Assembly: GCA_030592015.1 (NCBI GenBank)
Contig: JAUUZY010000005.1
Location: forward strand, 400 to 64,399
Length of the DNA: 64,000 nt
Origin: Candidatus Peregrinibacteria bacterium
Lineage (GTDB): Bacteria > Patescibacteriota > Gracilibacteria > UBA1369 > LOWO2-01-FULL-3
Reading direction: 5' to 3'
The position numbers were made by a program, and so were the translations under genes. This document shows positions 59,027 to 64,000 of this stretch, piece after piece. Within the stretch, counting starts at the first letter, position 1. Every line of letters begins with the position of its first letter. The notes under the pieces were generated by a model, which saw only the letters and a program-made list of their open reading frames with translations, made no database searches and was not told the origin of the DNA.

Positions 59027-59425
59027 CTACCTCTTCTTCCACCATTCATACACAAAAATCACCAACCATATCCCCATCAAACTGGCGAATAGGTCCAAAA
59101 GACTGAACGTTCGGTTCATTGAGAAATTCTGCATCAATTCTTCAACAATTGTAAGAACAGTAAGGATTGCTGGACCAACTGGCAGCCCATATGCCTTATT
59201 TCTATTGAACGCTCTATGTACCAGATAACCCCAAATGCCATACAGAAAAAAATGCCCTAAAAGATCATAGTGGGGGATAAATGCTATCCAGTTGGGTATG
59301 CCCTTTGTATAGGCTAGATAAAGGATAACTGCTATTCCCGACGTATAGATTAGGGCAAATACAATCCATTTATTATTCCTCAGGTTCATAGGTTTCTTTA
59401 GTTTTTTCAGGTTCTTTGTATTCAA
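59027..59425 (-). CDS. VanZ-family membrane protein
   Basis: DLLGHFFLYG, EELMQ...RTFSLLDLFASLMG. True start may be 59389. Confidence 0.8.
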   Translation of the reverse strand: MNTKNLKKLKKPMNLRNNKWIVFALIYTSGIAVILYLAYTKGIPNWIAFIPHYDLLGHFFLYGIWGYLVHRAFNRNKAYGLPVGPAILTVLTIVEELMQNFSMNRTFSLLDLFASLMGIWLVIFVYEWWKKR

Positions 59426-60956
59426 AGTATGTTTTGAGTGAACTTAGTTTGTCCATGGCCTTTGCCCTATTGAAATTGTAGGCAAATATAGAACTTTCTT
59501 TTCTGAGCTCACGTAGTTTTGCCTCAATAATATTTTCAACCCTTAGTTTTTGCTTATAAGTTAGGTCAACGTCTTTCAGCATATCAAAAGCAAGCGTGGC
59601 ATCTACAGATAAAGTTCCAAGGTAATTCAAGTCAAAAATTGTACTATTAAAATCTATAGCATCACTATATACAACACTTTTTGACTCTATAAATTTTTGA
59701 ATATTTTGCTCTGCAATCACTCGGTCCACATTTATAGAAGAGACAGCAGTTAAGGCAGTAAGCCCTATCACTAAACTTAGATAAAAATATTTTCTAAACT
59801 CTAAGCTAGCAATCAAACTTGCCGCTCCAATCAATGTGAGTACTATGGTTAGATAAATAAACCATTCAACATACAATCTCAAAATGGTATATCCGTATGC
59901 ATCTTGATATAGGTTCATCCTTTTTAGTGCTGAGAAGGCAATCACGGCAACCTGGAATATCAACAAGACTTGTAGAACTGTAACAGCCTTTGACTCCCCA
60001 TGGTGCGAGAAGGATTTGTATATAGCCCCCAATATAAATGAGGCCAATACGATCACCCACGCCAGCTCAAAGAAACCACTCCGAGCATAGTTCGCAAATG
60101 TTATTCCATTTTCACTTATAAATTCTGCATTTCCGAATAAGTACTGAACCTGGATAAATACAAATAATAGAAACAGTCCATTTATCAATGCCAGTACCGT
60201 TATAGTTGTAATTCTATCTAATTTCATCGCATCTGCTATTTTTTCCCCCAATTTATGCTTCTTGCCAATAAGAACATAGAAAAAACCGCTTAGCAGTAGG
60301 GCCACGGTAACTGTTCTAATCACACGCCATCCTTTATCAACATCTATATCAAAATTGAATATTCGTACCATCAAGTCTGAAAATACAGCATCAGCATTCG
60401 CAAATAGAAGGGCAAACAAGAATAAAATTGGTAGTGATATGGCAATCCCCTTTATGATTTTTTTTGTAACATCTGTATTACTGACTTTTTTAAAGTTCAA
60501 AACATCATTCTTTAGATGTTTAAGTTTATTTAGGACTATGAATACATTGCGTACTACAGGGATCTTTGCAAAAGAAAACAAATGACTATGAGGATTTTTC
60601 AAAGTAGAAAATACAGAAAAGAGAAACAAAAGGATTAAAACGAAAAGAGGTACTCCAGTCTGTACGAGACTATTGTTTAGAAGCAAAATATCTATACTCA
60701 TTATTGAAATTGGTATGAGTAACAATAAAGACAATTTGTTTTTTAACTGCTTTATGGATACGCTTATTGCCAAAAAGCCGAGCACATAAATAAGCACAAA
60801 AAGTGCAAATCCAAGTCCGGGTTGGATGTCCCATAGGAAGATTTCAGAGAGGACCGCCAGTACTAATGCAAATCCTGCAAAGATAAGGCGAGAAGATTTT
60901 TTTGTTTCTATAATATGAGAAAATGTTTCATTTTCCATAGTTTTGTAAATTAGCAT
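59373..60956 (-). CDS. DUF4153/DUF4173-family integral membrane protein
   Basis: LPILFLFALLFANADAVF, QVQYLFG, YARSGFFEL, SALKRMNLYQDAYGYTILR, YLGTLSVDA. Confidence 0.85.
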   Translation of the reverse strand: MLIYKTMENETFSHIIETKKSSRLIFAGFALVLAVLSEIFLWDIQPGLGFALFVLIYVLGFLAISVSIKQLKNKLSLLLLIPISIMSIDILLLNNSLVQTGVPLFVLILLFLFSVFSTLKNPHSHLFSFAKIPVVRNVFIVLNKLKHLKNDVLNFKKVSNTDVTKKIIKGIAISLPILFLFALLFANADAVFSDLMVRIFNFDIDVDKGWRVIRTVTVALLLSGFFYVLIGKKHKLGEKIADAMKLDRITTITVLALINGLFLLFVFIQVQYLFGNAEFISENGITFANYARSGFFELAWVIVLASFILGAIYKSFSHHGESKAVTVLQVLLIFQVAVIAFSALKRMNLYQDAYGYTILRLYVEWFIYLTIVLTLIGAASLIASLEFRKYFYLSLVIGLTALTAVSSINVDRVIAEQNIQKFIESKSVVYSDAIDFNSTIFDLNYLGTLSVDATLAFDMLKDVDLTYKQKLRVENIIEAKLRELRKESSIFAYNFNRAKAMDKLSSLKTYFEYKEPEKTKETYEPEE

Positions 60957-61036
60957 ATTGAGAACAAATTATATGCCTTTTTGCAAGTTTTGGTAGTACT
61001 TTGGCTTTACAGAAAAAGAGGGTTTATCTCAGAGGG

Positions 61037-61064
61037 TTGACAAAATCGAGACTTCTGGTACACT
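61037..61064 (+). promoter_or_regulatory. Putative sigma70 promoter
   Basis: TTGACA - 16 bp - TACACT with a TG extension; the downstream gene also has an AGGAG Shine-Dalgarno. Confidence 0.5.
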
Positions 61065-61136
61065 GTTTGCTAGCTTGTTTCGCTAGAAGTTACTTGAAAT
61101 CTCTCTCTACATACATAAACCAAAAAGGAGACCAGC

Positions 61137-62015
61137 ATGTTGTGGATCATTATAGCGGTAGTTGCGTACTTGTCATTCAATGTTGCGGTCTGGCTTGCTG
61201 TAGGGCAGGGCGGGATCGTGGCTCTTGGGGTGGCAAATATTTTGGGCGGACTATTAACGGCGATTAAGTTCCGCAAGGAGCTAAAAGCCAAACCAAATCT
61301 CAAAGTTGCAGCAATGGGGGCTGCAGGAATACTGGCTATTGTATTTGGGTTGCGGTGGTCGCACTCAGTACTTCCCGTTTCTCTTAGCATGGAGGCAGTA
61401 TATAACCTCTTTGCGCTAGGAACATGGCCACTTTTTTTATTACTACATAAGTGGTGGCCTAAGGGCTATCCCGAAACGCCAAATTGGTTCGACCTAGTAT
61501 GTCATATGGCAATGTTCGTACTGGTAGTCGCCAGGTTTTACACCTATGGCGACTTTCAGATTGAATTTGTGGCAGCTGCTTCAATATTTTTAGCCATCGT
61601 TGGGTACGCATGGTTCAACATCAGTATCAAAACAGCTGCTCAGTTAGAACAAGGGCAGAGGAGGCCCACAAACGTAGCCATGAACCTAATTGCCGGCACA
61701 AGTCTCGTGCTGCTGTCATTCGCCATTGATACCCCATCAATGGTCACCTCAACACAAAACCTGCTGGGATTGTTTCTTGGCGGGATAGCAATTTTGGGGA
61801 TTGTAGCAGCTCTAGGTGGAGCATACATTCACTTTGGGGGGCGCAATCAGGGGTCTCTGGTTGCACCGCTGGTGTATGACGGACTACTAGTGGCAAGTCC
61901 ACTAGTGATGTTCATAACAGGGGAGGGAAAGCACGTGTCATATTGGACCTTTGTTGTCGCCATACTAATGCTAGTAGTGACGATAGTTAGGTACCAATAT
62001 CACCAGCGCAAGTAA
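61137..62015 (+). CDS. Ten-TM membrane protein, probably DMT/EamA superfamily transporter
   Basis: 292 aa with about ten hydrophobic helices, consistent with a 5+5 DMT layout; clear SD. Confidence 0.55.
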   Translation: MLWIIIAVVAYLSFNVAVWLAVGQGGIVALGVANILGGLLTAIKFRKELKAKPNLKVAAMGAAGILAIVFGLRWSHSVLPVSLSMEAVYNLFALGTWPLFLLLHKWWPKGYPETPNWFDLVCHMAMFVLVVARFYTYGDFQIEFVAAASIFLAIVGYAWFNISIKTAAQLEQGQRRPTNVAMNLIAGTSLVLLSFAIDTPSMVTSTQNLLGLFLGGIAILGIVAALGGAYIHFGGRNQGSLVAPLVYDGLLVASPLVMFITGEGKHVSYWTFVVAILMLVVTIVRYQYHQRK

Positions 62016-62025
62016 CTTACACAAT

Positions 62026-62066
62026 CCAGCTTATGTGCGAAGATAGTAAATATCGCACATAGGTTG
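62026..62066. terminator. Stem-loop between convergent genes (probable terminator)
   Basis: CCAGCTTATGTGCGA...TCGCACATAGGTTGG stem (G-U allowed on the plus strand); T run shortly after. Confidence 0.55.
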
Positions 62067-62091
62067 GTAGGAGTTTTTTAGTACAACTTAT

Positions 62092-62799
62092 TTAATTAAT
62101 ATCTCTAATACTTGCCCCAGCACTCAAAGATTTGTGTATTTCCGGACTTCCCATATAGCTCAATTTTGAAGCACCGCTTAGAGTTACATCAAGATCATCA
62201 TTCGCCCAAATCGTAAAATTACTGGCACCTTCTCCATAGGCCACTGTTTCATTACTTTCAAAATTCTTAGCTCTAAAGGCACTCGCTCCACTTAAGCTCA
62301 AATCCTGCACATCAACTCTACCTGCTATATCCACCTTTGAAGCACCTGAAATATCAGCAACAAGTTTATTTCCCTCAAAAATATCAAGATTAAGCTTGCT
62401 CGCCCCACTTAGCTCGACTTCAAATTCCTCCGTACTGAATTTACTGATATTAGCCTTTGAAGCACCTGAAATAGTTAGCTTGTTTAAGTCCTTAACCGTT
62501 AGATTGAAAACAACTGATCTCTCTGCTTTCTTGAAGTCAAAATCAGCTATACGACCCAGTACAAGTGTATTTCCATCCATTTCAACACTGACCCCTTCCA
62601 TTATTATATCATCTGCAATAACTTCTAAACTTTCAGTATCCCCCTGAGTTAAATTTAAAACAGTATCCAGACCTATCTCAACATTCTGAACATCCGAAAG
62701 CTCTATTATTGAACCTGAAGTACCTAGCTCTATAGGTGTAGAATTACAAGCTGCAAATACAAATGTGGCTAGAATTAGAATGAGGAATAGTCTTTTCAT
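62092..62799 (-). CDS. DUF2807 / head GIN-domain lipoprotein (putative adhesin beta-helix)
   Basis: Lipobox FAAC after MKRLFLILIL (start 62799; track 62850); repeated ISGAS/LSGAS motifs. Confidence 0.85.
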   Translation of the reverse strand: MKRLFLILILATFVFAACNSTPIELGTSGSIIELSDVQNVEIGLDTVLNLTQGDTESLEVIADDIIMEGVSVEMDGNTLVLGRIADFDFKKAERSVVFNLTVKDLNKLTISGASKANISKFSTEEFEVELSGASKLNLDIFEGNKLVADISGASKVDIAGRVDVQDLSLSGASAFRAKNFESNETVAYGEGASNFTIWANDDLDVTLSGASKLSYMGSPEIHKSLSAGASIRDIN

Positions 62800-62862
62800 G
62801 TGTTTAGGGTTATTTACAGAATAAGAGTAACAAAAAGCATAATTTATCACAACGTACCCCTA

Positions 62863-64000
62863 TTAGGTCAAGACCTCCAGTTCAAGTTCCAACTCCATCC
62901 ACTCTTTTTCATTTCTATCGATGGTCTCATCAATTTCCGATAGACGCTTAGTCTTTTCCTCAGAAAATTTATCAAAATTTTTCTCAAACCATTCAAGCAA
63001 AACAGTTTTCTCTTCCTTCAGCTTTACAACATTCCTTTCCAAAAAATTCAATCGTTTTTTTGCCTCCCTAATCTTCATCCTCAATGCCTTCTTTTCCTCT
63101 TTTCCAAGATTCAACTTCGGCTCATCAGCTATGCCTAGATCTTCTTCAATATCTCTTTGAAGGTGATATACATATTCTTCATAATTATGAATGTAACGCT
63201 TAACCCTACTATTTTTCACTTCAATAATACCGTTGGCAACGATTTCCACAAATGTACGATTATGACTTACAAAAACAACAGTCACATTCGATTCCCTCAG
63301 TGCCTGAGCCAATGCCTCAACAGTTTCAAAATCCAAGTGATTCGTTGGCTCATCCAATAGAATTACATGATTTTTCTGCAATAATATTTTTGCCAAACAA
63401 AGCCTAGCCTTTTCACCTCCACTCAATACGGGAATCCTCTTTTTCAATGCTTCATCCTTAAACAAAAAATTCCCAGCCATCTTGAAAACATCCTGTTCTG
63501 AACTATCAGCTGGAGATACTCTCATAAGGTAGGACTTCACAGTCTCATCAAAATTTAAGGATGCAGGAATATGCTGAGCATAGTAAGCAACTTTGATATT
63601 GTGCCCCCACTTAAAATTTCCTGAAAGTTTCTCAAGCTCACCGGCAAGAGTTTTCAGCAGCGTCGTTTTTCCCTGACCATTATCACCAAGCACGGCAATC
63701 TTTTGAGCTCTTTCGATATCCAGATTAATTTCCTTAGCAACCGATCTGTCACTATATCCAATCTCTAAATCTTCCAGGTCCAAGGCAATCCCAATTTTAT
63801 CCACTACCCTTGGAATATTAATTGTTGTTGTACTCAAAGGATGCAAAACATCGATAGTCTTCAGCTTTGCGATTTGCTTCAGTTTTGATTGTGCCTGAGA
63901 CGCCTTGCTGGCCTTCGCTCCGAATCTATCAACAAATTTCTGCAAATGTTTCTTTTTCTGTTCAACCTTCACATTATGTCTTTCAACATGCATAAGCTGT
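62863..64000 (-). CDS. ABC-F family ATP-binding protein (3' part; runs off the window end)
   Basis: Linker FVDRFGAKASKASQAQS, GDNGQGKTT, LSGGEKARL, LLDEPTNHLD, C-terminal coiled coil. Confidence 0.92.
   Translation of the reverse strand, partial: QLMHVERHNVKVEQKKKHLQKFVDRFGAKASKASQAQSKLKQIAKLKTIDVLHPLSTTTINIPRVVDKIGIALDLEDLEIGYSDRSVAKEINLDIERAQKIAVLGDNGQGKTTLLKTLAGELEKLSGNFKWGHNIKVAYYAQHIPASLNFDETVKSYLMRVSPADSSEQDVFKMAGNFLFKDEALKKRIPVLSGGEKARLCLAKILLQKNHVILLDEPTNHLDFETVEALAQALRESNVTVVFVSHNRTFVEIVANGIIEVKNSRVKRYIHNYEEYVYHLQRDIEEDLGIADEPKLNLGKEEKKALRMKIREAKKRLNFLERNVVKLKEEKTVLLEWFEKNFDKFSEEKTKRLSEIDETIDRNEKEWMELELELEVLT

Overview
AT-rich bacterial chromosomal segment with about 46 genes and no rRNA, tRNA, CRISPR array or mobile element. 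Gene content suggests a Patescibacteria (CPR) genome, probably Peregrinibacteria-like (inference): shuffled housekeeping genes, a type IV pilus cluster with no secretin in the window, SLH and LCP envelope proteins, and few Shine-Dalgarno sites. Housekeeping genes are thrS, recF, uvrA, rplJ/rplL with an L10 leader, miaA, recJ, hisS, tsaD, cca, rlmD and yebC. The centrepiece is a ~26-kb co-oriented minus-strand surface-machine locus (7378-33216): pilN-like, pilO-like, pilB, pilC, three tandem pilins, a ~5,000-aa secreted SLH-anchored multidomain protein, and four tightly coupled secreted Cys-bearing proteins with no family I recognise. Linked observations: a 39-nt relic 3' end of a fourth pilin; duplicated pilin promoters; and, 30 kb away, a membrane protein whose C-terminus is a close copy of this genome's pilin head without the assembly helix. 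Separately, a Xis/BldC-like HTH gene sits behind phased 10-bp direct repeats and precedes an uncalled 56-aa zinc-ribbon gene. None of the 45 complete genes ends in TGA, and none uses TGA in frame. All family assignments come from reading motifs by eye, not from database searches.
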